Positions 24,151 to 37,600 of a DNA stretch of 64,000 nucleotides are shown piece by piece. The notes under the pieces were generated by a model. It had not been told where the DNA came from. It did not search any database and worked only from the letters and a program-made list of their open reading frames with translations. Source of the stretch: Macrostomum lignano (Eukaryota); contig NIVC01001563.1 of the NCBI GenBank assembly GCA_002269645.1, positions 1-64,000 of the forward strand. Direction: 5' to 3'. Each line of letters begins with the position of its first letter. Position 1 is the first letter of the stretch. The position numbers and the translations under genes are program-made.

Positions 24151-24579
24151 ATACTAGAATAACTAGATGGGCCACTCAGCACATTTGCGTGTTAAGCTAC
24201 TTTCAGCTCAGTAGCAATTTCAACAGAAGCATTTAAATGTGTTTTTAAAGCGAAAGCTCATTTATTGGCTCTTACCCCCAGCCTAAACCCCCCAACCGCG
24301 CCTTCCACACCACCCCGCCCGTCCCACCCCAATTTTATTGCCTTTCTTGGAATTCCAGCCTAAAGATGCCATGTACATTTCAGTAGACTGGCCAATGTAC
24401 ATTATTGCTGAACCAATTAGCAAGCTGTTTACGCCTGCAAGCTTGGGCTTCTAAACTTATCAAAGTCATTTCAGCTGGCTTTATTTTTATAAAATAGCTT
24501 ATGTATTCTTCTTTGCTACTGAACTGAAAGTAGAAAGCTGTTTTACTAAGTATATGCCTGAGTGGCCCATCTAGTTATT
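24151..24579 (+). mobile_element. MITE-like dispersed repeat with ~22-bp inverted repeats (copy A)
   Basis: aataactagatgggccactcag at 24158-24179 and ctgagtggcccatctagttatt at 24558-24579. Region 24151-24428 matches the reverse complement of 53991-54274. Confidence 0.75.
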
Positions 24580-25844
24580 TCTCTTTTAGTTGGTCTTTAG
24601 TAGGCCACTACTGCTGCTGGATTTTATAGTACATTTATGTATCTTTACTGACGTTGTTTATATGTAAGTTTTTATTGCTTGGATTCATTGCTAAAGCTGT
24701 TAATTTCTTAATTGATTGTTGCGATTGAGTACTTTTTTTCAAAGCAGTCTACCCAGTCTGCACTTTTACAAAACGAACTTAATTCAAGCTATTAGCACAA
24801 TATTTTTGAATGAATTACTTTGCATTCAATAGGTGATTGATAGCCAAAATTAGACATTACACTGATCCCCTCTGACTCTCGCACTAATTCAGTAAGTTCC
24901 TACTTATAGTAGTTAAAATGATCTGCTTAGCAACTCTCTCCTGTGATTCATTTATTTGTGTTGCCTCGAGTCTGTCTTTGGTTCTGTTTTGCTACTGTTG
25001 TTCCTGTTATATAGTCGGAAGATTGTATGATGTATAGTTTTCGTAATCGGCCATCTGTTCCGCGCAATTTTATTGTTATCCAGCCCCGTGTTTGTTTATT
25101 GTCTTGGATTATATTGTGTGTGTCTGTTTTTTTGCGCACGCCTTTGCGCTTGTGCTTAGAACGCAAGCGCTTTGTACTTTTATTATAAAGCTGTCCGAAA
25201 TTCCACCCACAACGATGCTGTCTCATATTTAGAAGCGCTACCTACATGTATGTGTGACAATTGCTATCTTCTCAATTGTCTAGGTTTTTTCCTTCTGTTC
25301 TTTTTTGCGAGTTCGTTGTCAAAAAATCAGTACGCGTCGACTTACGCTACTCTCAGTTCTGCGAGCAGTAAAACACGCACCGTGTTGTCTTTTTATTCTT
25401 ATATGTATATTCTACAACTCAGCGCGTTTCGGATCCTCATTTTTACTATTGGATTTGGTATTGTGCCTCCATTAACTTTCTCAGCGCAGCGTGTTTGTCT
25501 GTCCGTCTACCTGTCTGTCTGTCTGCCTGCCTGTCTGTGCCTGTCTGTCATTCCTGTGTTTCATTCGAGCCCTGCACGCATCGCTCTTCTTGCTAATGGC
25601 ACTTTATATTAAAAGCTGGACAAACGCTGATCCAAATCAATTCTTTCTTATTTTGTTGGTGTCCCGTAATTCTGTATTATCAGTACCAAATTAAAATCGA
25701 TTCGGTTTGAGTCTTATTGAGCCTTTATTTCTTAAATCAGTTTAATGCCAGTCGGTCTTACGCTAGAATGAAAAGGCAATAAATACTCGAAATATTGTCT
25801 AATTGGGTGAATTAAATAGAGCAAGTGTAAGTGGTTCTATCAGG

Positions 25845-26855
25845 GTCGTGAGGTGGTTGCAGTGTACAGCTGGCTGGGCCAGGGAGTGAGGTGGTTGCAG
25901 TGCACAGCTGGCTGGGCCAGGGAGTGAGGTGGTTGGAGTGCACAGCTGGCTGGGCCAGGGAGTGAGGTGGTTGCAGTGTACAGCTGGCTGGGCCAGGGAG
26001 TAAGGTGGTTGCAGTGCACAGCTGGCTGGGCCAGGGAGTGAGGTGGTTGCAGTGTACAGCTGGCTGGGCCAGGGAGTAAGGTGGTTGCAGTGCACAGCTG
26101 GCTGGGCCAGGGAGTGAGGTGGTTGCAGTGAACAGCTGGCTGGGCCAGGGAGTGAGGTGGTTGCAGTGCACAGCTGGCTGGGCCAGGGAGTGTGGTGGTT
26201 GCAGTGTACGGCTAGCTGGGCCAGGGAGTGAGGTGGTTGCAGTGTACGGCTAGCTGAGTCAGGGAGTGAGGTGGTTGCAGTGTACAGCTGGCTGGGCCAG
26301 GGAGTGAGGTGGTTGCAGTGCACAGCTGGCTGGGCCAGGGAGTGAGGTGGTTGGAGTGCACAGCTGGCTGGGCCAGGGAGTGAGGTGGTTGCAGTGTACA
26401 GCTGGCTGGGCCAGGGAGTAAGGTGGTTGCAGTGCACAGCTGGCTGGGCCAGGGAGTGAGGTGGTTGCAGTGTACAGCTGGCTGGGCCAGGGAGTAAGGT
26501 GGTTGCAGTGCACAGCTGGCTGGGCCAGGGAGTGAGGTGGTTGCAGTGAACAGCTGGCTGGGCCAGGGAGTGAGGTGGTTGCAGTGCACAGCTGGCTGGG
26601 CCAGGGAGTGAGGTGGTTGCAGTGTACGGCTAGCTGGGCCAGGGAGTGAGGTGGTTGCAGTGTACGGCTAGCTGAGTCAGGGAGTGAGGTGGTTGCAGTG
26701 TACAGCTGGCTGGGCCAGGGAGTGAGGTGGTTGCAGTGTACGGCTAGCTGGGCCAGGGAGTGAGGTGGTTGCAGTGTACGGCTAGCTGGGCCAGAGAGTG
26801 AGGTGGTTGCAGTGTACAGCTGGCTGGGCCAGGGAGTGAGGTGGTTGCAGTGTCC
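25845..26855. repeat. 38-bp minisatellite (gtggttgcagtgtacagctggctgggccagggagtgag), ~27 copies
   Basis: Direct periodicity downstream of the PKG stop codon. It explains ORFs 25799-26989. Confidence 0.96.
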
Positions 26856-27467
26856 ATCTGACTAAGGTAGGGGGTAAGGTCATTGCTGCCAATATAACAT
26901 CTGGCTGAGGCAGGGTGTGAGGTTTGGCTGCAGTGTGTCATCGTAAAGCAGAAAGCAATGGGACGGCAGAGACACGAACGGCAGAACATGGCACGCTATT
27001 ATTTATTGAATAAAACGAGATCAAACAGCCTTATGAGATTGCTATATGTTAGGCGCAGTGTTACTGTTAGCAATTTATTTATTAAGAACGGATATGCCGT
27101 ACAGGTGTGTGTGCCGTAATCGATTTACATAAAATTACTGCCAGCTAGCAGTTGCAGTTTGCCTCGATAGGTAGATTGCAGTCTATTACGAGTATTAAAT
27201 CTGTGAAAAATGAATTGCTAGTGCGTTGAATTCGTTTTGCAAAGCTTTCTTAAATTTCGTAAAGTTCCCGTGTTTAAAAAAACATTCAAAACGCGCCTTG
27301 ATAAAAAAGACATCTCTGAATGAATATTTGCCAACTGATGCGATTTTATAATCGTTTTAAATTTGCTAATGCTATAAGATTGGCTGGCATTACACGAATG
27401 ATGCACACGTTCTGTTTGCTTGATTATATGGTTTTTGCAGTCCACTGCCGCTAGCCCTCCGAGCTCA

Positions 27468-28578
27468 CTAGAAATCATTGTCCCATCCAGAAATCTCGTC
27501 GGGCGGAATGCTGACCCGGGGTTCGAATTTGTCAAAGTTTGACGCATCGTTTGGTCCTCGAATCTAAAGTATTCGAAAAGCAATTTCATTTTAATGCGGT
27601 TTTTGTTTTTATGCAAGTGTTGCGGTGTTGAAGTACGAATTGAGGTGGGTATTAATGCAGGGAGTTGAGGTGGGTGTTAAGCCAGGGAGTGAGTTGGGTG
27701 ATCAGGCACGGAGTGAGGTGGGTGCTCAGGAACGGAGTGAGGTGGGTGTTTAGGAACGGAGTGAGGTGGGTGTTCAGGAACGGAGTGAGCTGGGTGTTCA
27801 GGAACGGAGTGAGCTGGGTGTTCAGGAACGGAGTGAGGTGGGTGTTTAGGAACGGAGTGAGGTGGGTGATCAGGCACGGAGTGAGGTGGATATTCAGGTA
27901 CGGAGTGAGGTGGATCAGGCACGGAGTGAGGTGGGTGTTCAGGTACGGAGTGAGGTGGATCAGGCACGGAGTGAGGTGGATGTTCAGGTACGGAGTGAGG
28001 TGGATCAGGCACGGAGTGAGCTGGGTGTTTAGGAACGGAGTGAGGTGGATGATCAGGCACGGAGTGAGGTGGATGTTCAAGTACGGAGTGAGGTGGGTGT
28101 TCAGGAACGGAGTGAGGTGGGTGTTAAGCTAGGGAGTGAGGTGGGTGTTCAGGCACTGAATGAGCTGGGTTAATTTCACTAAGGAAGAGTTTATCAGAAA
28201 AGGTAAACTCTAAAATCCAAAAGCTACGCCACCCAACCTTAGGCCGCAGTGGCGGCACGATGGACATTCGTCGAAGTCCGGCCCAGTCGAAGCCTTGGAA
28301 CCACTTGTGCTTCCTGACGTCGGCGATGCCGCCACTGCCGCTGCCGAGCCGTTCGGAGGGCGACTCCTTGCATAGGCGCTTGATCAAGGCCCTGGCGCTC
28401 TTGCCAACCACCGGTGGGAATTCTACGGCTCCGATGCCGCGTAGGATGGCGCCGTAGATTTTCATGGAGTCTGGCGCCGTGAATGGTGGACTGCGGTTTT
28501 AGGAGGGATACGAGCGTATGTGGCTGGCATTTAGCTGGTGAGGTCATTAGACAGTATCGGGAGCTCTACTTTTGCTCT

Positions 28579-28625
<47 letters not shown>

Positions 28626-31600
28626 TGTGTCGATATGGTGGAGTGTCGGTGTTATGAAGTGTCGATATGATTGAGTTTCGGTGTTATGGAGTGTCGATAT
28701 GATGGAGTGTCGGTGTTATGGAGTGTCGATATGATGGAGTGTCGGTGTTATGAAGTGTCGATATGATAAGTGTCGGTGTTATGGAGTGTCGATATGATAA
28801 GTGTCGGTGTTATGGAGTGTCGATATGATGGAGTGTCGGTGTTATGGAGTGTCGATATGATAAGTGTCGGTGTTATGGAGTGTCGATATGATAAGTGTCG
28901 GTGTTATGGAGTGTCGATATGATGGAGTGTCGATATGATGGAGTGTCGGTGTTATGGAGTGTCGATATGATGGAGTGTCGGTGTTATGGAGTGTCGATAT
29001 GATGGAGTGTCGGTGTTATGGAGTGTCGATATGATGGAGTGTCGATATGATGGAGTGTCGGTGTTATGGAGTGTCGATATGATGGAGTGTCGGTGTTATG
29101 GAGTGTCGATATGATGGAGTGTCGATATGATGGAGTGTCGGTGTTATGGAGTGTCGATATGATGGAGTGTCGGTGTTATGGAGTGTCGATATGATGGAGT
29201 GTCGGTGTTATGGAGTCTCGATATGATGGAGTGTCGGTGTTATGAGGTGTCGAAATGATGGAGTGTCGATGTTATGGAGTGTCGATATGATGGAGTGTCG
29301 GTGTTATGGAGTGTCGATATGATGAGTGTCGGTGTTATGGAGTGTCGATATGATAAGTGTCGGTGTTATGGAGTGTCGATATGATGGAGTGTCGGTGTTA
29401 TGGAGTGTCGGTGTTATGGAGTGTCGGTGTTATGGAGTGTCGGTAAGCCTGTGTCGGTGCGAAGTCCGTCAGCGTGTACAAGCTCATTACTGCCTCACCT
29501 GCCGGTGAGGAGCTCAAACAGCAGGATGCCAATCTGCCAGATGTCGGTGGGGAAGCTGTGGCCCTTGTTGAGAATGACCTCCGGGCTGACGTACTCTGGG
29601 GTGCCGCAGAAGGTCCACGTCTTCTTTCCCGGCCCGATCGCTTTAGCGAAGCCGAAGTCGCACTGCAGTGGATAAAAATAAATTCAGCATGGCTACTTTT
29701 TTTACAACTTTTGACTGATCTTAGCCGTAACTCCTCAGAATCCAAATGATGACCCATCAGAATCCGCCTCAGAATCCATCAGAATCCACCTCAAAATCCG
29801 CCTCAGAATCCGCCTCAGAATCCATCAGAATCCGCCTCAGAATCCACCTCAGAATCCACCTCAGATTCCACCTCAGATTCCACCTGTGAATCCACCTCAG
29901 AATCCACCTTAAAATCCACCTCAAAATCCGCCTCAGAATCCGCCTCAGAATCCATCAGAATCCGCCTCAGAATCCACCTCAGAATCCACCTCAGATTCCA
30001 CCTCAGATTCCACCTGTGAATCCACCTCAGAATCCACCTTAAAATCCATCTCAGAATCCATCAGAATCCACCTCAGAATCCATCAGAATCCACCTCAGAA
30101 TCCAAATGATAACCCATCAGAATCCACCTTTGAATCCACCCCAGAATTCATCAGATTCCACCTCAGATTCCGCCTCTGAATCCACCTCTGAATCCACCTC
30201 AGAATTCACCTGAGATTCCACCTCAATCCACCTCAGAATCCACGAGAATCCACCAGAATCCACCTCAGAATTTCTAGTTAACTGAATAGAATCTATCAAA
30301 AGTTCAACGTGGAATGCACCGCACAATGTACTGAAAATCTACAAGCACATTCGCTGCTAAAACGACCGAATAGGCGCGCACCAGTTTCACGTAGCCCTGA
30401 TTATCCAGCAGCAGATTCTCCGGCTTGAGGTCCCTGAAGATGATGCCTCGGTCGTGCAGGTGCTGGAATGCCTCCAATACGCAGGCGACAACAAAGCGGG
30501 ACGTGCTCTCGTCGAAATTGCCGCTGAAAAGTTTTGAGAATTCGATTTTCAGGATGCAAATGTATCGATTGCGCAATTATATATCTAGCTGGATAATTGC
30601 TCAGCGACCAGCGACTCACACATTGCGCAACACGGTCCAGACTTCGCCGCCCAGGCAGACCTCCATCAGCATGTACACAAACTTGGCGTCCCTGAAGGTC
30701 TTGTAGAGTCTGAAATGATTGATTGATTCCATTGTGCAGAGTCGAAGCCTCTTAGAATGAATAGGTTCCTAAATAGCAAGCAAACTAAACTAAACATTTT
30801 CCTTCCATCCTACTATTAGTAAAAATGCAAGAAAACAGCAGATAATTTAATATCAATTTAATTTAACTAATTTAACAAAATGCAACTTGCAGCAGACTAT
30901 GCACATTTAGAATCTGTCTTACCTGCAGATAAAATTGGATCTGGCATTAAACAGGATAGTCCTCTCGGAGAGGATGTGCTCCTGCTGTTTTGTGCGCACA
31001 ATGTGCTGCTTTTTCAGGCACTTCAAAGCGAACGTCAACTCCGGATTCTTCTTCCAGGACACCTGTTGGCAGAGGGTGGGAAAACAGCGCCAGATATTAT
31101 AAATTAAATAATCTAGCGGAAAACTACTAGTAGTAGGCTGAATGCACATTCTCGCATGTCGGCGTCAAACCGATTATTCGTGTGTGACAATGAATAATAA
31201 TATTATCACAGCGGGCAGCCTGGCAGGTACACTGTCTCTCATGGCTTTAAATCGCACGACAAGACACTGAAGGGGAATCGGGAAGGGTATTCAGAGACTG
31301 GAGGGGAATCGAGAAGGGTATTCAGAGACTGGAGGGGAATCGAGAAGGGTATTCAGACACTGGAGGGGAATCGGAAGGGTATTCAGAGACTGGAGGGGAA
31401 TCGAGAAGGGTATTCAGAGACTGGAGGGGAATCGGGAAGGGTATTCAGACTGGAGGGGAATCAGGAAGGATATTCAGAGACTGGAGCGGAATCGGGGAAG
31501 GGTATTCAGAGACAGTCAAGTGGAAATGAAGGGTAGCTCACCAGCTCAACCCGGCCAAAGCCGCCAATGCCCAGCGTGCACTCCATCACCAGGTCGCTCA

Positions 31601-34600
31601 GTTCGATCTTGCTGAAAGCTTCATTCACAGCCGGCATTTGCTTTGTTGGCGTCACGCTGTGGAGCAGTAGAGCAAGAGGGAAGGCGTTAAACGTTATTTT
31701 TGTTCTCATGCTTAACCTCCTCACCTCCTCACATCCTCACTCAGCCACACCATCACTCAGTCACACCGTCACCCAGTCATGCCGTCACTCAGTCACACCG
31801 TTACTCAGTCACACCGTCACTCAGTCACACCGTCACTCAGTCACACCGTCACTCAGTTACACCGTCACTCAGCCACACCATCACTCAGTCACACCGTCAC
31901 TCAGTCATGCCGTCACTCAGTCACACCGTCACTCAGTCACACCGTCACTCAGTCACACCGTCACTCAGCCACACCATCACTCAGTCACACCGTCACTCAG
32001 TCACACCGTCACTCAGTCACACCGTCACTCAGTCACACCGTCACTCAGTCACACCATCACTCAGTCACACCGTCACTCAGTCACACCGTCACTCAGTCAC
32101 ACCGTCACTCAGTCACACCGTCACTCAGTCACACCGTCACTCAGTCACACCGTCACTCAGTCACACCGTCACTCAGTCACAACTTCTCCAACCTGCAGCT
32201 GCTGCTCTGCCGGTCCTCTGGCGCCAGCCGGTTGCCAACAGCCCCGGCAACGCCCTGCCGGTCCTCTTCGACCGCCTTCTGCTTGAACTCAGTGAGGTCG
32301 CCGATCAGGTGGATGAACGAGCTGATCGAAGGCGGGGTGGGGTTTGAGTTTAGGTGTTCAGGCCCTACTGAGCAATCTCTATAATCGAATCCCGCAACTG
32401 CAAAAACAATTTTGCTGACTCACATTCGATCCAGAGTGAGCACGTGGACTCTGGTCTCGGCGATGCAGCTGGCCGTTCTGCGCTCCTCTCTGCAGCGTTT
32501 CGACAGTGTGGGGGGGATTCGTCAGATCGGCAATCGGATAAACTAACTGGGGACTAAGGGGAGTCACGGACCCCCTTCTACCCGAACCCCTCAACTTACT
32601 GCAGCAGCGCTCGCTCGCCGAAGCAGTCTCCGGCCTGGAGTGTGCGGATCAGCTGCGAGCTGCCCTGCACTCGGCGGGTGACGCGAACCTGCGGATTGCG
32701 GGGTGGATTGCTAGACTAGTCAATACGGGCGATTTGGGGAATAGAATGGATTGCTAGACTAGTCAATACGGGCGATTTGGGAAATAGAATGGATTGCTAG
32801 ACTAGTCAATACGGGCGATTTGGGAAATAGAATGGATTGCTAGACTAGCCAACATGGCCGGGCGATTTGGGAATAGAATGGATTGCTAGACTAGCCAACA
32901 TGGGCGATTGGGGAATAGAATGGATTGCTAGACTAGCCAACATGGCCGGGCGATTGGGGAATAGAATGGATTGCTAGACTAGCCAATATGGCCGGGCGAT
33001 TGGGGAATAGAATGGATTGCTAGACTAGCAAACATGGGCGATTGGGGGGGGGATGGATTGCTAGACTAGTCAATACGGGCGATTTGGGAAATAGAATGGA
33101 TTGCTAGACTAGCCAACAACATGGTCGGGCGATTTGGGAAATAGAATGGATTGCTAGACTAGCCAACATGGGCGATTGGGGGGGAATGGATTGCTAGACT
33201 AGTCAACATGGCTGGGCAATTGGGGAATAGAATGGATTGCTAGACTAGCCAACATGGCCGGGCGATTGGGGAATAGAATGGATTGCTAGACTAGTCAATA
33301 TGGGCGATTGGGGAATAGAATGGATTGCTAGACTAGTCAATAAGTACAAAGGATGCCCCATCAGCTCACGGTTCCCTCTTTAATTATGAAGAAGGTGCTG
33401 CCATGTTCGCCCTCGCGAACAATGTAAGTTTCCGGGTCGAACGAGTCCTGCAACGGAGGGGACGGTGAGATGCACTCTACATTTCACACTAAATATAGAA
33501 CACTGAATTTCAGCAACAGGACGCACCTCCTCAATGGCGTCAGCTATCCTGCTCAACTTGGAGAGCGGCAGATCTTTTAGAAGCGGGACGCTGAAAAACA
33601 AATTCAAATGAAATTGGTCGCTTGCATTGCTTTTGCTTCACTGATTGTCTGTTTGAGGGTAGATATCAGCCTAGTGATTGACTGTGAGGGTAGATATCAG
33701 CCTAGTGATTGACTGTGAGGGTAGATATCAGCCTACTGATTGACTGTGAGGGTAGATATCAGCCTACTGATTGACTGTGAGGGTAGATATCAGCCTAGTG
33801 ATTGCCTGTTTGAGGGTAGATATCAGCCTAGTGGTTGACTGTGAGGGTAGATATCAGCCTAGTGATTGACTGTGAGGGTAGATATCAGCCTAGTGGTTGA
33901 CTGTGAGGGTAGATATCAGCCTAGTGATTGACTGTGAGGGTAGATATCAGCCTAGTGGTTGACTGTGAGGGTAGATATCAGCCTAGTGATTGACTGTGAG
34001 GGTAGATATCAGCCTAGTGATTGACTGTGAGGGTAGATATCAGCCTACTGATTGCCTGTTTGAGGGTAGATATCAGCCTAGTGATTGACTGTGAGGGTAG
34101 ATATCAGCCTAGTGATTGACTGTGAGGGTAGATATCAGCCTACTGATTGACCGTGAGGGTAGATATCAGCCTAGTGATTGACTGTGAGGGTAGATATCAG
34201 CCTAGTGATTGACTGTGAGGGTAGATATCAGCCTACTGATTGACCGTGAGGGTAGATATCAGCCTAGTGATTGACTGTGAGGGTAGATATCAGCCTAGTG
34301 ATTGACTGTGAGGGTAGATATCAGCCTAGTGATTGACTGTGAGGGTAGATATCAGCCTAGTGATTGACTGTGAGGGTAGATATCAGCCTAGTGACTGACC
34401 GTGAGGGTAGATATCAGCAAAGGTGATAAAGGACGCACCTGCTCAAGAAGGCCACATAGCCGCTCTGCTTCTCCAAGCCTGACTTCATCATGATGGCCTG
34501 GAACACCGTCCTATCCAGGCACCACAGCTTGGCCGAGGTCACCGCTGCAATTTTTATCAAATAGATGGTTGCGCCACTAATTAGCTATTCGTTTTTCTCG

Positions 34601-37600
34601 CTAGACTACTAACTGGGGAGGTCAGTAGTCTACTGAGAACGTAAAGCGTATAGCTTCATAAAATTTATTTTCGATAACCTGAGGTTGAATAAATTTCTGA
34701 TTTATTTTAGCAAACTAAATCAAACAAAAATAAACTCTCACAGTCTCCAAGTATTTTGCTGTCTAACTAAATTTGCCCAACTTTAATTGGATCTACTCGT
34801 AGTATGAGTTCGTGCCGTTTTAATTGAACTCTTCTTTCTCCACTAATCAGCTTTCTCAGCGCTCAGCTTTCTGAGTTTCGTGTTCATTCTGCTCTCTGCT
34901 TTTGGGTTTTTTTCTGCGCCAGACTGTCACACTTGGTACTGCATCAGCTTTCGGAGAAGCCTTGCTCCAGCATCAGTCAGCCCTGCTCACCCCTGACCGA
35001 GGCAGTGCGGGTGCAGTTGTACAGAAGCGCCAGCTCTCCGAATGCCACGCCGCGGCGGACGCTGCCGAGACTCCGGTTCTCCTGGGTCACCTCAAGCTCG
35101 CCCTCTGCGGGTGAGGGTGGTTGGGTATCTAGGGTGCGGGTATCTGTGGTGCGGGTATCTGTGGTGCGGGTATCTGTGGTGCGGGTATCTGTGGTGCGGG
35201 TATCTGTGGTGCGGGTATCTGTGGTGCGGGTATCTGTGGTGCGGGTATCTGTGGTGCGGGTATCTGTGGTGTGGGTATCTGGGGTGCGGGTATCTGTGGT
35301 GCGGGTATCTGTGGTGCGGGTATCTGTGGTGCGGGTATCTGTGGTGTGGGTATCTGTGGTGCGGGTATCTGTGGTGTGGGTATCTGGGGTGCGGGTATCT
35401 TGGGTGTGGGTATCTGGGTTGCGGGTATCTGGGTTGCGGGTATCTGTGGTGTGGGTATCTAGGGTGCGGGTATCTGGGGTGCGGGTATCTGTTGTGCGGG
35501 TATCTGTTGTGCGGGTATCTGGGTTGCGGGTATCTGTGGTGCGGGTATCTGTGGTGTGGGTATCTAGGGTGCGGGTATCTGGGGTGCGGGTATCTGTTGT
35601 GCGGGTATCTGTGGTGTGGGTATCTGGGTTGCGGGTATCTGTGGTGCGGGTATCTGTGGTGTGGGTATCTGGGGTGCGGGTATCTGGGGTGCGGGTATCT
35701 GGGGTTCGGGTATCTGGGGTTCGGGTATCTAGGGTTCGGGTATCTAGGGTTCGGGTATCTGTGGAGTCTGTACAATGGCTGCGAATTCTAGACGGGCTGA
35801 ACCTACCAGAACAAACGTACAAATGTTGACCGGCTTCGCCCTGTCTGATCACGTGACATCCGGGTGGCACAGTCCTGGAGTACATGCAGGCCACAAGCTG
35901 TTCGACCTGCTCGGGCTCCATGCGCTGCAGCAGTTGATTGTTGTTGATGGCATCACGAATCAGAGCCTTGGACCTGGCGGCAAAATGTGCATAGCAGGGT
36001 GCTATTGAGTGATTGAGTAATGAGTGACTGAGTAATGAGTGATTGAGTAATGAGTGATTGAGTATTGAGTGATTGAGTAATGAGTGATTGAGTAATGAGT
36101 GATTGAGTAATGAGTGATTGAGTAATGAGTGATTGAGTAATGAGTGATTGAGTAATGAGTGATTGATTAATGAGTGATTGAGTAATGAGTGATTGATTAA
36201 TGAGTGATTGAGTGATGAGTGATTGAGTAATAAGTGATTGAGTAATGAGTGATTGAGTAATGAGTGATTGAGTAATGAGTGATTGAGTAATGAGTGATTG
36301 AGTAATGAGTGATTGAGTAATGAGTGATTGAGTAATGAGTGATTGAGTAATGAGTGATTGAGTAATGAGTGATTGAGTAATGAGTGATTGAGTAATGAGT
36401 GATTGAGTAATGAGTGATTGAGTAATGAGTGATTGAGTAATGAGTGATTGAGTAATGAGTGATTGAGTAATGAGTGATTGAGTAATGAGTGATTGAGTAA
36501 TGAGTGATTGAGTAATGAGTGATTGAGTAATGAGTGATTGAGTAATGAGTGATTGAGTAATGAGTGATTGAGTAATGAGTTGTTATCGAAAACTAAAAAC
36601 TATATTAGATGGTCTGGTAGCGAATCGGTATGCGATAGATGTTTACGAGCCCTTAGTAAGATCACCATAGATAGATAGGCTGATAGGTAGATTGTTATAT
36701 ATGAAATTTTTTTTCATTTAGCAGATTAGGCAGATAGACCGGTAGATAGACTGTAGATAGACAGGTAGACAGGTAGTAGATGTTTGAGGCAGCAAGTCGA
36801 GCTGACTGCACGCACAGTACCGTATTGTGATGTAGAAAAGCAGAGGCGAGACAAATAAAAGGAAAAGTAGCAGACGGGGCAAATAGGCGAAAAGTCCCAA
36901 CAGAATTCCAACGCAGTGAGAAAAGCTTCGAGCAGACACCTCAGTCTCCGCAGTTGCTACAAGCCGCCGGCCCCCTTCCGGCCCCACGGCATCAGCCCAA
37001 GCTACAACCCCCCGCCGCGTCAGTTGGAGCAGCAGCAAAGCAAGAAATATGATTATGAGGACGAAAGAAATGAGGGCCGTTGACCATTTTTCAGTCCTTG
37101 TTGCTAGGCCAAGCTGATGCCCGAACTTTCTGATCGGTTCTATAGAGGGGGGCATCTGTCACCAAGGGCTGTAGTATCAAGGAATTTAGCACCAGGGGCT
37201 GTAGTACCAGGGGCTTTAGTACCAGGGGCTTTAGCACCAGGGACTTTAGCACCAGGGGCTTTAGTACCAGGGGCTTTAGTACCAGGGACTTTAGCACCAG
37301 GGGCTTTAGCACCAGGGACTTTAGCACCAGGGGCTTTAGTACCAGGGGCTTTAGTACCAGGGGCTTTAGCACCAGGGACTTTAGCAACAGGGGCTTTAGC
37401 ACCAGGGACTTTAGCACCAGGGGCTTTAGCACCAGGGGCTGTAGTACCAGGGGCTTTAGTACCAGGGACTTTAGCACCAGGGGCTTTAGCACCAGGGACT
37501 TTAGCACCAGGGGCTTTAGTACCAGGGGCTTTAGTACCAGGGGCTTTAGCACCAGGGACTTTAGCAACAGGGGCTTTAGCACCAGGGGCTTTAGCACCAG

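Noticed and set aside
24948-25694. ORFs 25172..25612 and neighbours as a membrane-protein gene
   Set aside because: The sequence is AT-rich and low-complexity with UTR/intergenic-like composition, and shows no conserved motif.
25845-28170. Shared ggagtgaggtgg core of two arrays as a Chi/Jeffreys-type recombination signal
   Set aside because: The match to the core is partial, and G-rich words recur by chance among this many arrays. It is not testable from this window.
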